64,000 bases of DNA from Pelagibacteraceae bacterium AG-404-N13 (GTDB lineage Bacteria; Pseudomonadota; Alphaproteobacteria; Pelagibacterales; Pelagibacteraceae), in NCBI GenBank assembly GCA_003216255.1, contig QCJD01000002.1, forward strand, positions 20,474 to 84,473. Reading direction: 5' to 3'. The translations under genes and the position numbers were made by a program. The notes under the pieces were generated by a model, which ran no database searches, had not been told where the DNA came from, and saw only the letters and a program-made list of their open reading frames with translations. This document shows, piece by piece, positions 1 through 10,720 of the stretch (position 1 is the first letter of the stretch; each line of letters starts with the position of its first letter).

Positions 1-1393
1 TATCAGTTGATTTTAAACTACTTATTACTCTTCCACTTGCGTCAATATGCGCTGAAATACCATTGTTCGCAGAACGAAATAAATTTTTTCCTTCTTCAAT
101 TGATCTAAATATAGAATGCGAAAAGTGCTGATGGGGACCAATAGTATTTCCAAACCATCCATCTTCTGAAATATTTATTATAAAATCAAAATCCTTATTA
201 TTTTTATTGAGATTTCCTGAATAAATTATCTCATAACAAATTAAAGGCATAAAGCTAAAATCATTTAAATTAATTACTTTTCTATCGTTTCCTGAGGAGA
301 AAGATTGATATCCTTGGGTAATTTTTTTTATACCAAAACCCCCTAGTAAATTTTCAAATGGCAGAAATTCACCAAAAGGAACTAACTTGTTTTTATTATA
401 CTTTGCTAAAATATTTAAATCTTTGTCTAAAACAACTAGAGAATTAAATATTTTATTGTTTTCATAGCTATTTATGCCTAAAATTATTTTATGATTATCG
501 GAAAAATTTTCTTTAAAAATAGGTCTAAAATTATTTAAATCTTGTAAATAAATATTAGCTAAAACACCTTCTGGATAAATAAAAATTGTTTTTTCTAGTT
601 TATCTGGTTCGCTTAATTTTATTAAATCATACATTATTTCTTCAGGAGCTTGATTTTGGAAAAATCTACTAATATCTATTTTTGGAGAAATAATTTTTAT
701 AACGTAATTTAATTTTATTTTTTTGATTTCTTCGTTTTTTTTAATGACTAAAGATCCATAAATAAAATTGATCGATAAAATTAAAGTAATAGAAAACAAT
801 ATAAATATTTTATTTTTTTTCTTATAATTAAAAAATATTAATGATGGTATTAAAAATAATGTAATACATAAAAGATTAAAAACATACGTACCAATGTAAG
901 ATAAAATTTGAAGCAACTCTAAATAGTTTGTAAAACTATAAGCAATTAAATTCCATGGAAATCCACCAAGAATAAAACTCCTAAAATACTCGATTATTGA
1001 AAAAAAAAGTGAAAATATTAAAATTGAAGTAAAATTTTTTTTTAAATTAAAAAAATAACAAAAAAATGTAGCAACACCATAAAATAGTCCTAAAAACAAG
1101 GGAATAAAAATTATTGAAATTGGAATTAAAGGTTTAAAATTTTCTTCAAATGTAAGAGAATTTGATATCCAAAACAAATTAGAAATGAAATATCCAAAAC
1201 CAAACATCCATCCAATTTTAAAAGATTCCCACCTTCCTTTCGAATAATTTAATAGAAAGAAAAAATATAAAACAGGGAACGTAATAAAGTTTATGAAAAA
1301 AAAACTATAAGGCGGAAGACTATACGATGTAATTATACCAATTATAAAAGGTGTTATGTAAATTATTAATTTATTGTTAATTAATGAGGTCAA
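1..1393 (-). CDS. lnt: Apolipoprotein N-acyltransferase (3' end runs off the window; absent from ORF track)
   Basis: Manual minus-strand translation from TTG at 1393, overlapping the ybeY stop: LTSLINNKLIIYITPF...; contains KNKLVPFGEFLP, PLICYEIIY, ISEDGWFG and RSANNGISA motifs; follows ybeY. Confidence 0.92.
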   Translation of the reverse strand, partial: MTSLINNKLIIYITPFIIGIITSYSLPPYSFFFINFITFPVLYFFFLLNYSKGRWESFKIGWMFGFGYFISNLFWISNSLTFEENFKPLIPISIIFIPLFLGLFYGVATFFCYFFNLKKNFTSILIFSLFFSIIEYFRSFILGGFPWNLIAYSFTNYLELLQILSYIGTYVFNLLCITLFLIPSLIFFNYKKKNKIFILFSITLILSINFIYGSLVIKKNEEIKKIKLNYVIKIISPKIDISRFFQNQAPEEIMYDLIKLSEPDKLEKTIFIYPEGVLANIYLQDLNNFRPIFKENFSDNHKIILGINSYENNKIFNSLVVLDKDLNILAKYNKNKLVPFGEFLPFENLLGGFGIKKITQGYQSFSSGNDRKVINLNDFSFMPLICYEIIYSGNLNKNNKDFDFIINISEDGWFGNTIGPHQHFSHSIFRSIEEGKNLFRSANNGISAHIDASGRVISSLKSTD

Positions 1394-1836
1394 TTTTTTT
1401 TATGAAAATAATTTAATACTAAATTTTCTTTTTTCGTCATCTTTAGAAAATCTTTTTTTTTTTTATGATCATACCCAATTAAATGAAAATAGCCATGAAT
1501 CCACATTTTATCTAATTCTAGAAAAAAATTTGAAGCTTTTGATCGTTGATTAACTATTTCATATGAAATTGCTATATCACCAATATATATATTTTTTTTT
1601 TCTGAAAAATGAAGTGGAAAAGATAATACATCTGTATAACTATTTTTTTTTTTAAATTTTAAATTTAATCTTTTCATTTCCACATTATTAGTCAAAAGAA
1701 TTGAAAATTCTTGTTTTTTTTTTTTAAAAGAACTTAATTTATTTAATTTACTAATTCTGTTTTTGAAATATTGACTTGGGTTTTTTATTTTATACTTCCA
1801 TTTATAATTATCCAAAATAACATTGGCTTTAATCAT
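1390..1836 (-). CDS. ybeY: rRNA maturation endoribonuclease YbeY
   Basis: TDVLSFP, IGDIAIS, HGYFHLIGYDH metal motif; phoH-ybeY-lnt order. Confidence 0.95.
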   Translation of the reverse strand: MIKANVILDNYKWKYKIKNPSQYFKNRISKLNKLSSFKKKKQEFSILLTNNVEMKRLNLKFKKKNSYTDVLSFPLHFSEKKNIYIGDIAISYEIVNQRSKASNFFLELDKMWIHGYFHLIGYDHKKKKDFLKMTKKENLVLNYFHKKN

Positions 1837-2843
1837 TAATCAGTCTTTTGATCTGAATATGCTTTTACAATTTTTGAAACTAGAGGATGTCTAACAACAT
1901 CAACATGATCAAAATCAACAACGGAAATCTCTTTTAAATGACCAAGTAGATTTTTTGATCTATTAAGACCTGACAGAGATTTATTAGGCAAATCAATTTG
2001 GGAAGGATCGCCATTGATTACAATTTTTGAATTTTCTCCAATTCTTGTTAAAAACATTTTTATTTGAGTATCTGTAGCGTTTTGAGCTTCATCAAGTATT
2101 GCAAAAGAATTTTTTAGTGTTCTTCCTCTCATGAAAGCTAATGGTGCAATTTCTATATCTCCTACTTCAATTTTCTTTTGTATTTTTTCAAAATCTAATA
2201 AATCATAAAGTGAGTCATATAAAGGTCTAAGATAAGGGTCAACTTTTTCTCTCATATCACCTGGCAAAAATCCTAACCTCTCTCCCGCCTCTACTGCAGG
2301 TCTAGATAAAATAATTCTTTCTATTTTCTTATCCAAAAGCATTGTTAAAGCTACTGCTACAGCTAAAAATGTTTTTCCTGTTCCTGCTGGCCCAGCCGAT
2401 ATAATGATTTCACTTTCTTTTAAAGCTCTAACGTAGTTTTTCTGTTTTTCTGATCTTGGAATAACAGATTTTTTTGGTGTCTTAATTATATACTCTATAT
2501 TTTTTTCAGATTTTTTAAGTTTTTCATTTATCATAAACTTATTTACTGATGAAATTATATCTTTTTTTTCAATAGTTCCATTATTTAAAAATTGGTTAGT
2601 TAAAAATTCAATAGCATTCTTAACTAAATTATTTTTTTCTGGATCATTTTTTACAAGAATTGAATTTCCTCTTGAATATATTTTTGTATCTGTAATCCTC
2701 TCTAGCTCTTTTAAATTATTATTAAATTCTCCTAAAATTCCTATTAAAATATCATTATTTTGAAAAATTATACTAAGAGCATTGTTCTCAGAATATACAA
2801 ATTTTAAAGCTGATTTTGAATTTTTAAATGCAATATTAGTCAA
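1836..2843 (-). CDS. phoH: PhoH-like ATPase
   Basis: GPAGTGKT, RPAVEAGERLGFLPGD, MRGRTL, DEAQN; TTG start. Confidence 0.95.
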   Translation of the reverse strand: MTNIAFKNSKSALKFVYSENNALSIIFQNNDILIGILGEFNNNLKELERITDTKIYSRGNSILVKNDPEKNNLVKNAIEFLTNQFLNNGTIEKKDIISSVNKFMINEKLKKSEKNIEYIIKTPKKSVIPRSEKQKNYVRALKESEIIISAGPAGTGKTFLAVAVALTMLLDKKIERIILSRPAVEAGERLGFLPGDMREKVDPYLRPLYDSLYDLLDFEKIQKKIEVGDIEIAPLAFMRGRTLKNSFAILDEAQNATDTQIKMFLTRIGENSKIVINGDPSQIDLPNKSLSGLNRSKNLLGHLKEISVVDFDHVDVVRHPLVSKIVKAYSDQKTD

Positions 2844-2844
2844 A

Positions 2845-4176
2845 TTAGGCTGCTTTCATACTTTTTCCAACTTCTCCAAACAAAGTATTTTGATTACTTT
2901 TGTTTATTTTTACATCTACCAAATTTCCAATATTGTTTTTATTACCTTCAAATATTACTGCTGATAAATATCTATTTCTACCAAATAATTTATTTTGGTC
3001 AGTCATTTTATTTTCTACCAATACTTCAATATTTTTATCTTCCATAGATTTATTTAGCACTTTTTGATTCTTAAATAGTTTTTCTTGAATAATTATTAAT
3101 CTTTTTTTTGAAATTTCTTTATCGACTATTTCTAAGTTAGCAGCTGTTGTTCCCGGTCTTGGACTAAATATAAATGAAAAAGAATTAACAAATCTTATTT
3201 CTTCTAATAATGCCATTGTTTCAGAAAAATCTTTTTCGGTTTCTCCAGGATAACCAATGATAAAATCACTTGAAAATTCTACTTCTGGATTTAATTTTTT
3301 AATTTTATAATAAATATCCAAATAATCTTCTACTTTATGCTTTCTATTCATCAATTTTAATATACGATCTGAGCCACTTTGTATTGGTAAATGAACAAAA
3401 GGCATTAATTTTTTATTTTTTTTATAACATTCAATCAAATCATCGGTCATATCCTTGGGATGAGAGGTGGTATATCTAATTCTTTTAATTTCACTAAACT
3501 TTTCAAGATGATTAATAAGATCTGATAATTTATATGCTTTAGAATTTTCATTAAAAGAATACGCATTAACATTTTGGCCTAATAAAGTTATTTCTTTAAC
3601 TCCATTCTTAACTAATTGTTCAGCTTCATTTATGATTTGATTAAATGGTCGAGAATATTCTGGTCCACGTGTATATGGAACAACACAAAAATGACAAAAC
3701 TTGTCGCAACCTTCCTGTATAGTTAAATAAGCTGAAACTTTGTTATTTTTGTTTTCTATTCCATCATAATATCTAAACTTAGAAACTGAGTCGAATTCTG
3801 TTTCTTCAATTTTTTTTTTTTTTATATGATTTTTTAAAATATCATTCAGTTTATGGTATGATTGTGGACCAATAACAATATCGACATAGGGATCTCTATT
3901 AAGTACTTCTTGATTTTCAGCCTGAGCAACACAACCAGCTATGATCATTACAGGTTTAGTTTTCTCTCTATAAATTTCTTTTATTCTGCCAATTTCATGG
4001 AATACTTTTTCTTTAGCCTTGTCTCTAATGTGACAAGTATTTAATATATAACAATCAACATTATTTTGGTCTTCACTTTTATGATAGCCAATTTTGCTAA
4101 TAGAATCATAAATACGATTTGAATCGTATTCGTTCATCTGGCACCCAAATGTTTTAATGAAAACTTTTTTTTCCAT
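2845..4176 (-). CDS. miaB: tRNA-i6A37 methylthiotransferase
   Basis: TFGCQMNEYDS N-terminus, radical SAM CDKFCHFC, C-terminal TRAM domain. Confidence 0.96.
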   Translation of the reverse strand: MEKKVFIKTFGCQMNEYDSNRIYDSISKIGYHKSEDQNNVDCYILNTCHIRDKAKEKVFHEIGRIKEIYREKTKPVMIIAGCVAQAENQEVLNRDPYVDIVIGPQSYHKLNDILKNHIKKKKIEETEFDSVSKFRYYDGIENKNNKVSAYLTIQEGCDKFCHFCVVPYTRGPEYSRPFNQIINEAEQLVKNGVKEITLLGQNVNAYSFNENSKAYKLSDLINHLEKFSEIKRIRYTTSHPKDMTDDLIECYKKNKKLMPFVHLPIQSGSDRILKLMNRKHKVEDYLDIYYKIKKLNPEVEFSSDFIIGYPGETEKDFSETMALLEEIRFVNSFSFIFSPRPGTTAANLEIVDKEISKKRLIIIQEKLFKNQKVLNKSMEDKNIEVLVENKMTDQNKLFGRNRYLSAVIFEGNKNNIGNLVDVKINKSNQNTLFGEVGKSMKAA

Positions 4177-4586
4177 TACTTGCTTTTCTTTATTCCATAT
4201 AATTCAAGCTTATGATCAACTAACTTATATCCATATTTTTCTGCAACTTTTTGTTGTAACTTTTCAATTTCATCATCAACAAATTCAATTATCTCTCCAG
4301 TTTTAATGTCAATTAAATGATCATGATGTCCCTCATTAAGTTCCTCATATCTTGCTTTTCCACCTTTAAAATCATGTTTGGCAACTATTCCTGCTTCTTC
4401 AAAAAGTTTTACAGTTCTGTAAACAGTTGCAATACTAATTTTTGAGTCAATCTTTGAAGCCCTTCTATATAATTCATCTACATCTGGATGGTCTTGGGAG
4501 TCGCTCATTATTTTTGCTATAGTTTTTCTTTGCTCAGTAAGTTTAACTCCTTTTGCTAAACATTTTTGTTCTATAGTTTCAGACAT
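4176..4586 (-). CDS. fur: Fur-family transcriptional regulator
   Basis: HPDVDELY, SIATVYRT, HHDHLID motifs; the metal sensed (Fe or Mn) cannot be read from sequence. Confidence 0.9.
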   Translation of the reverse strand: MSETIEQKCLAKGVKLTEQRKTIAKIMSDSQDHPDVDELYRRASKIDSKISIATVYRTVKLFEEAGIVAKHDFKGGKARYEELNEGHHDHLIDIKTGEIIEFVDDEIEKLQQKVAEKYGYKLVDHKLELYGIKKSK

Positions 4587-4603
4587 ATTATATTTTAACT
4601 CAA

Positions 4604-4972
4604 TTATTGAGGTTTAATCAAATCTTTATTTAATTGATTATTTTTCTCTAATTTAATTAATTTTTTATAATTTTTACCATCAAAATCTTTAGAATTAAAA
4701 CCATATAAACTTATATTTTTTGACAGAGCTATTCCCTTTGATATCGCTATAGATGTTCTGATATTTGATAATTTTCCAGGACCTTCATTAACAAATATTT
4801 TTTCAATATCTTTTAATTCAATTTTATTTTTTTTAAAAAAATTTAAAAGAAAATCCATAAATTTATCAAAATTTTCTCTACTGTTTATATAAGAGGTGTT
4901 ATAAGATTGTGTATTAGTAATGATAGAAAAAAAAATTTTCTCTTTAGTTGCATCAATAATTAAATTTTTCAT
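4604..4972 (-). CDS. tsaB: Short TsaB-like t6A biosynthesis protein
   Basis: LIIDAT start, VNEGPG...IRTSIAISKGIA resembling TsaB GPGSFTGLR; upstream of fur-miaB; only the N-terminal lobe is present. Confidence 0.75.
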   Translation of the reverse strand: MKNLIIDATKEKIFFSIITNTQSYNTSYINSRENFDKFMDFLLNFFKKNKIELKDIEKIFVNEGPGKLSNIRTSIAISKGIALSKNISLYGFNSKDFDGKNYKKLIKLEKNNQLNKDLIKPQ

Positions 4973-5972
4973 ATTTTATTTATTTTTTCTAAATGCTTAT
5001 GCCGATAATTTAAATAAAAAATATTATCATAATGAACAAGGAATTCTTTCTTTAATTTATCATAGATTTGAAGAAAATAAGTATCCTTCAACAAATGTAC
5101 GAATGGATATTTTTAAACAACAAGTTGATATAATATATAAATATAATCTTGATTTTTATAATCCCATAAATTTTGAAGAGGAATTCAACGTCCCAAAAAT
5201 AAAAAAAAAGATATTACTAACAATTGATGATGGATTTTCATCATTTTATAATAATGCATGGCCATACTTAAAAGAAAAAAAAATACCATTTATATTATTT
5301 GTTTCTACTGAAACAGTCGGTAATAATGGATATATGTCCTGGGAAGAAATTAAAGAAATCGAAAAGGAAGATTTTGTATTTTTAGGTAATCATTCACATT
5401 CACACGAATATTTAATCGATTACAATTTTACAAATTTTAAGAAAGACATAGATAGATCTATAAATATTTTTAAAAAAAAAATTGGTTATAATCCTATATT
5501 TTTTTCTTATCCTTTTGGAGAATATTCCCTTCAACAAAAAAATTATATTACTAAAAATTTTAAGTTTGCATTTGGACAACAATCGGGTGTGATAGATCTA
5601 AACAAAGATAGATTTGAATTGCCTAGATTTCCGATAAATGAACAATATGGTAAATTAGACAGGTTTGAACGTATAATTCAGTATCTACCTTTACAAAATA
5701 AAAGCATTTCACCAGAAGATAAGTTTTTGAAAAAATCAAATAATCCTCCAAAAATGTACATTGAATTTTTTAATGATCAAAAAAATTTAGACATGATTTC
5801 TTGTTATTCTAATGAAGGTGATGGATGGGATAAAACAAAAATAAAATTAGAAAATACAAAATTAAATATTTTCTTTAGGGAAAAATTTAAAGATAGAAGA
5901 GGAAGAATTAATTGTTCTATGAATGATACTGATGGTTGGAGGTGGCTTGGTATTCAGTTCTCTATAGATTAA
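4920..5972 (+). CDS. Exported polysaccharide deacetylase (CE4/NodB)
   Basis: YHRF, LTIDDG, NHSHSH, FSYPFGEY; signal-like N-terminus ending AYA; start uncertain because it overlaps tsaB. Confidence 0.88.
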   Translation: MIEKKIFSLVASIIKFFIFYLFFLNAYADNLNKKYYHNEQGILSLIYHRFEENKYPSTNVRMDIFKQQVDIIYKYNLDFYNPINFEEEFNVPKIKKKILLTIDDGFSSFYNNAWPYLKEKKIPFILFVSTETVGNNGYMSWEEIKEIEKEDFVFLGNHSHSHEYLIDYNFTNFKKDIDRSINIFKKKIGYNPIFFSYPFGEYSLQQKNYITKNFKFAFGQQSGVIDLNKDRFELPRFPINEQYGKLDRFERIIQYLPLQNKSISPEDKFLKKSNNPPKMYIEFFNDQKNLDMISCYSNEGDGWDKTKIKLENTKLNIFFREKFKDRRGRINCSMNDTDGWRWLGIQFSID

Positions 5973-7099
5973 ATTAAGTTTTTAAGCTTTGCGCTAGTAG
6001 GAAGAATTTTAACATCATCAAAATCTGTTAAAGAATTTTGTCTAATAATTTTTGATAAAATTTTTGTGTATTCAATTCCTGTTTCCGCATACTTATCTAG
6101 GTACTTTACTAATTCAAGACTATTTAATTTCTCATCATTATCTCTTTGTATAGCTCTTTCTTTTCTGAATTGTTTGTAACTTGGATGAGTATTTAAGTTT
6201 CTTAAATAAGCTTTTACTGAAGCTTTTAAAACTTTAAAACTAGCAACTTTATGTGTTGAATCAATCTCGGCCCCAGCTGGCTTAATTCCATCTCCAGACC
6301 ATGTCCACTGACCAAATAGTGCATTTCCTTTTTGAGCAAATCTTGAAGTACCCCACCCAGTTTCTTTTGCTGCTTGAGCAATAGCTAGTGAAACTGGAAC
6401 TTCATCCATTCTAGTTTTTAGTGTAGGAAAGTCATTTTTTGAAACACCATACTGTTTAAATTTTTTACCAATCCATTCCAAATCGCTCTTCGTGTTATTG
6501 TTTTTGTTTAAAATTACAAAAAGTTTTTTTCTGTCTAGTTTAATTTTCAAATTTTCTTCAATTATCAAAGGTAAAATAATTTGAATAAATAAATTCTTTC
6601 TTTTTTTTGTATTTTCAATATTTTTCATTTCTGTTGGAAGATGATCTAAATTAATTCCAATATTAACTAATTTTGTTTTTTTAACTTTTTTTAGAGTATA
6701 GTCAGTATCTTTAAATAATTGTTCAATAGTTGAAGCACTCAATCTTGATGTATTTGTATTTTCATCATTGGATGAAAAAACATCAATATCATCGTAAATA
6801 TTATCTAAATTTATATTTTCATCTATGTTACCAGTATCTCTATTATTATTTAAAGCTATTTCAAATTTTTTTTTGGAAATATTAATTATTGTTTCATTTT
6901 TTGCAAATCTTTCATCCAAATATCTTTCGATGCTTGGTAAAGAAAAAAACGAAAAAATTATAAAAATACTTGCTAATGAAAATATATAAATTTTTTTGTA
7001 GTTATCTTTTACGCCTTTATTTATAATTTTTTTTGATTTTACTGTTTTTTGTATTTCTGGTTTCTTAAAAACTCCATCATTTCTGATTTTTTTTATCAT
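5969..7099 (-). CDS. Bax-like glucosaminidase (GH73 type), membrane anchored
   Basis: IAQAAKETGWGTSRFA, GNALFGQW, YLRNLNTH, KYAE; N-terminal TM helix. Confidence 0.85.
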   Translation of the reverse strand: MIKKIRNDGVFKKPEIQKTVKSKKIINKGVKDNYKKIYIFSLASIFIIFSFFSLPSIERYLDERFAKNETIINISKKKFEIALNNNRDTGNIDENINLDNIYDDIDVFSSNDENTNTSRLSASTIEQLFKDTDYTLKKVKKTKLVNIGINLDHLPTEMKNIENTKKRKNLFIQIILPLIIEENLKIKLDRKKLFVILNKNNNTKSDLEWIGKKFKQYGVSKNDFPTLKTRMDEVPVSLAIAQAAKETGWGTSRFAQKGNALFGQWTWSGDGIKPAGAEIDSTHKVASFKVLKASVKAYLRNLNTHPSYKQFRKERAIQRDNDEKLNSLELVKYLDKYAETGIEYTKILSKIIRQNSLTDFDDVKILPTSAKLKNLI

Positions 7100-7136
7100 A
7101 ATGGTATTTGTAGATTATAATTATTTTTAAATTTTT

Positions 7137-7679
7137 TTATACCGCTAAAACTTCTTTAACTTCAGGAATATAGTGACAAAGTAAATTTTGTACTCCCTGC
7201 TTTAACGTCAAAGTTGAAGATGGACAGCCCGAACAACTTCCTTGCAATTCTACTTTTACTTTTCCATCTTTAAATTCTTTAAACTTTATATCTCCGCCAT
7301 CTTTTGCCACAGCTGGCCTAACTTTTGTCTCCAATACATGAATAATTTTTTTTTCAATTTCATTATAATCAACAGAATTAAGAGAATTCGCTTTATTAAT
7401 TATCGACTCATTACCATCTGCATAGTATTCATTTATATGTGAAATTATTATATGTTTGATGTTTTCCCACTCAATATCAGTTTTTTTATTTACTGAAAGA
7501 AAATCCTCACCTAAAAAAATTCCCGTCACACCATTTATAGAAAGTATGTTTCTAATTAAAAAATTATTAGTATCTTTTTTATCTAATATTTCGTGAGGAC
7601 CATCTTCTGAAACTTTCTTGCCAGGTAAAAATTTTAAGGAATTTGGGTTTGGGGTTTTTTGAGTTTGAATAAACATCAT
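7137..7679 (-). CDS. NifU/NfuA-type Fe-S carrier
   Basis: TPNPNSLKFLP N-domain; VRPAVAKDGGDI and GSCSGCPSS C-domain. Confidence 0.93.
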   Translation of the reverse strand: MMFIQTQKTPNPNSLKFLPGKKVSEDGPHEILDKKDTNNFLIRNILSINGVTGIFLGEDFLSVNKKTDIEWENIKHIIISHINEYYADGNESIINKANSLNSVDYNEIEKKIIHVLETKVRPAVAKDGGDIKFKEFKDGKVKVELQGSCSGCPSSTLTLKQGVQNLLCHYIPEVKEVLAV

Positions 7680-7774
7680 TAAATTATAATTATTTTTTTT
7701 TAAATTTAAATAAATTAAAAATCCAATTATATCCTTATTTTAGTAAATTAAGTTATTTAAACTGTTAATTTTAT

Positions 7775-7809
7775 AAAAAAATCAATCAGGCGTTATAAAT
7801 ACAACACCT
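7775..7809 (-). terminator. Probable intrinsic terminator of the small secreted-protein gene
   Basis: Minus strand AGGTGTTGTA-TT-TATAACGCCT stem with G-U pairs; T7 tract follows after 6 nt. Confidence 0.5.
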
Positions 7810-7819
7810 CAAAATTTGG

Positions 7820-8026
7820 TTAACTATTTAATAGCGCAAGTGCTTGTTTTAAAAGATTTTCTGATTTTGAATGATCACCTTCATCATGTGCTTTTTTACC
7901 AGCATCTCTTAGTTTTTGTATTTCAGTCATTTTACTGTCGATTTTTCCCCACAACATTGGGCATGAACCTGCATTTGCAGAGCTTGTAAACAACAATAAA
8001 GTGAAAACTAATGCTAATTTTTTCAT
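7820..8026 (-). CDS. Small secreted helical protein of unknown function
   Basis: Signal peptide MKKLALVFTLLLFTSSANA; AAAGGA RBS; mature CP...LRDAGKKAHDEGDHSKS...A pattern like small proteobacterial helical-hairpin proteins. Confidence 0.85.
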   Translation of the reverse strand: MKKLALVFTLLLFTSSANAGSCPMLWGKIDSKMTEIQKLRDAGKKAHDEGDHSKSENLLKQALALLNS

Positions 8027-8134
8027 TTATATCCTTTCTGTTTTGAGGTACCTAATTACTATAATTCGAATTGGTAGGTTCAGAATGTCACGTGTAAGTA
8101 ATAATATTTTATTTAATTTTTTTAAATTAAAAAA

Positions 8135-9136
8135 TTAAAATCCAATTATTCTTTTTATTTCAGAGACTTTTTTCGAAGCAATCATGTCTGCTCTCTTGCC
8201 TCCTTCACTTAAAACTTTATCAATATAATTAATATCTTTTTGTATTTTATTTATTTCAATAGATATTGGGGAGATTTTTTCTACAACAATTTCTGCTAAC
8301 TTTTTTTTAAAGTCAGAAAAATTTTTTCCACTAAATTCATTTACCGACATTTCTAAACTTTGATCGCTTAAACTAGAATATATACCTAATAAATTTTCAA
8401 CTTCAGGTCTATTACTTAAATTTTTATCATCACCTGGCAATGGATCATTATCAGTTTTTGCTTTTTTAATCTTATTTACAATCTGATCTTTATCATCAGT
8501 TAAATTTATTCTACTTAAATCTGATGGATCTGATTTGCTCATTTTGTTTTTACCATCTTTTAGACTCATTATTCTTGAAAAATTCTTTTGAATTAAAGGT
8601 TCTGGAGCTCTCAAGAAGTCTGGTGCATTAAAATCTAAATTAAATTTATTTGCAATATCTCTAGATAGTTCTAAATGTTGCTTTTGATCTTCTCCTACAG
8701 GAACATGGGTTGCATCATATAATAAAATATCTGCAGCCATTAATACTGGATAAATATATAAGCCAACGCTAGCTTTTTCTTTATCTTTACCTGCTTTTTC
8801 TTTAAATTGTGTCATTCTATTTAACCAACCCATTCGAGCAATACATCCTAAAATCCATGATCCTTCTGAATGTGCAGGCACTAAAGATTGATTAAATATT
8901 ATGCTTTTTTTCGGATTAATTCCACTCGCCAAAAAAGCTGCTGTTGTCTCTCTTATACTGCTCTTAAGAATTTTTGGATCTTGTTTAGTTGTTATTGCGT
9001 GTAAATCTACTACACAATAAACGCAATCATTTCCTTCTTGATTTTGAAGATCAACAAAATTTTTTATTGCACCAATATAATTTCCTAAATGAAGATTTCC
9101 TGTTGGTTGAACCCCTGAAAAAATTTTTTTTCCCAT
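8135..9136 (-). CDS. trpS: Tryptophan-tRNA ligase
   Basis: [28 protein letters not shown]. Confidence 0.98.
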   Translation of the reverse strand: MGKKIFSGVQPTGNLHLGNYIGAIKNFVDLQNQEGNDCVYCVVDLHAITTKQDPKILKSSIRETTAAFLASGINPKKSIIFNQSLVPAHSEGSWILGCIARMGWLNRMTQFKEKAGKDKEKASVGLYIYPVLMAADILLYDATHVPVGEDQKQHLELSRDIANKFNLDFNAPDFLRAPEPLIQKNFSRIMSLKDGKNKMSKSDPSDLSRINLTDDKDQIVNKIKKAKTDNDPLPGDDKNLSNRPEVENLLGIYSSLSDQSLEMSVNEFSGKNFSDFKKKLAEIVVEKISPISIEINKIQKDINYIDKVLSEGGKRADMIASKKVSEIKRIIGF

Positions 9137-9140
9137 TATT

Positions 9141-10670
9141 CTAGTACTTTAATTTAATATCTGAAATTTTAAAAGCTTTTGTAAGTATAGAAGTTAAAAT
9201 ATAAATAATAAATGTAACAATAACCAATAAAATAATAGATACTAGTTTATATTCACTGTTATAACTTAAATTATCACTAAAAAAATTTATTAAATTATAA
9301 AAAATATATGATGTTATAGCTGTAGATAAAGAAATTTTTATTAATGAATATAAAAAAATTGAGTTTATTGAATAATATTTTTTGTTAGTTAAAAAAATTA
9401 AAAGTAATATAGCATTTAACCACGATGAAATAGTTGTTGCGATAGGTATAATTATAAATCCTATTTTATTAAAATAATAAATACTAATTATTATATTAAT
9501 AATTACCGATATAACTGAAAAATAAAATGGTATCTTAGTATTATGTCTAGCAAATAAAAAACTCGAGAAAATTTTTATGAAAGAAAAAGCAGGCAAGCCT
9601 AAGGCAAAATAAAATAATGCATTTGCTGAATTTTTTACACTGAGATGATCAAAAGAGCCATAACCAAATAATGACGAGGTTATTTCTTCAGATGCTATTA
9701 GTAATGCTAGTGTTGCAGGCAAACTTAAAAATAAACTTAATTCTAAAGCTTTATTTTGAATAAAATCTATTTTTTTTTTATTTCCTGATTGAATATATTT
9801 ACTTAAATTTGGCAAAAGTACAGTGCCTATTGCAATGCCAGCTATTGCTAAATTAATCTGATATATTCTATCAGCATAATAAAGATAAGAAACTGCACTT
9901 GCTTGAAAAGAAGCTATTATTGTTCCTACCAAAATATTAATTTGTGTAACACCTGACGAAAATATACTTGGTAAAAGCTTATTAAAGAATAACTTAACCT
10001 TTTTATCAATTTTAAAATTTAACGTTATTTTAGGAAAATAGAACTTTCTTATAAAAAACAGTAAAAAAATTAACTGAACAATACCTGCACATGTTACAGC
10101 ATAAGAAAGGTAGATTACTAATTGATCATTTAAGTAGCTTTGAAAAAGTAAAACTAAAATTAAAAATATATTTAAAATTATTGGTGCTGCTGAAGCGACT
10201 GCAAATTTATTATGTGAATTTAATATTGCAGAAAAAAAAGATGATAAACTTACAAATAATAAAAATGGGAACATGATTCTTGTTAAAGAAATAGTTAGGT
10301 CTAGCTTATCTGTATCACCTGAAAAACCAGGAGCTATAACAAAAACAAATGATGGCATAAAAATTTCAATTATTAAAACAATAATTAACAAGCTAATTAA
10401 AAGTAAATTGAATATTTTATTTGCAAAATTTTGAGATCGAATTTTTCCTAATACGAGTTCAGATGAGTAACTTGGAACAAATGCGGCATTGAAAGTTCCT
10501 TCTGAAAATAGTCTTCTAAAAGTATTTGGTATTCTAAAAGCTACAAAAAAAGCATCTGCGATTGGACCAGAACCAAGATAGACTGCTATTAATAAATCTC
10601 TTAAATATCCTAGTATTCTGCTAATTAAAGTAAAGAAACCAAATGTGCTTGTTGACTTAATTAGGTTCAT
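9141..10670 (-). CDS. murJ: Lipid II flippase
   Basis: [33 protein letters not shown]; many TM helices. Confidence 0.96.
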   Translation of the reverse strand: MNLIKSTSTFGFFTLISRILGYLRDLLIAVYLGSGPIADAFFVAFRIPNTFRRLFSEGTFNAAFVPSYSSELVLGKIRSQNFANKIFNLLLISLLIIVLIIEIFMPSFVFVIAPGFSGDTDKLDLTISLTRIMFPFLLFVSLSSFFSAILNSHNKFAVASAAPIILNIFLILVLLFQSYLNDQLVIYLSYAVTCAGIVQLIFLLFFIRKFYFPKITLNFKIDKKVKLFFNKLLPSIFSSGVTQINILVGTIIASFQASAVSYLYYADRIYQINLAIAGIAIGTVLLPNLSKYIQSGNKKKIDFIQNKALELSLFLSLPATLALLIASEEITSSLFGYGSFDHLSVKNSANALFYFALGLPAFSFIKIFSSFLFARHNTKIPFYFSVISVIINIIISIYYFNKIGFIIIPIATTISSWLNAILLLIFLTNKKYYSINSIFLYSLIKISLSTAITSYIFYNLINFFSDNLSYNSEYKLVSIILLVIVTFIIYILTSILTKAFKISDIKLKY

Positions 10671-10720
10671 AAATCATATTAGTCTTAAATTTGCTCTAAT
10701 TGTATACCTATTTACAAAAA

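Noticed and set aside
1700-1730. Long poly-A/T tracts here and throughout as possible phase-variation sites
   Set aside because: They encode Lys runs in intact frames and are expected at this AT content.
8086-8097. TGTCACGTGTAA, a parS-like CACGTG core
   Set aside because: Flanks do not match the 16-bp parS consensus.
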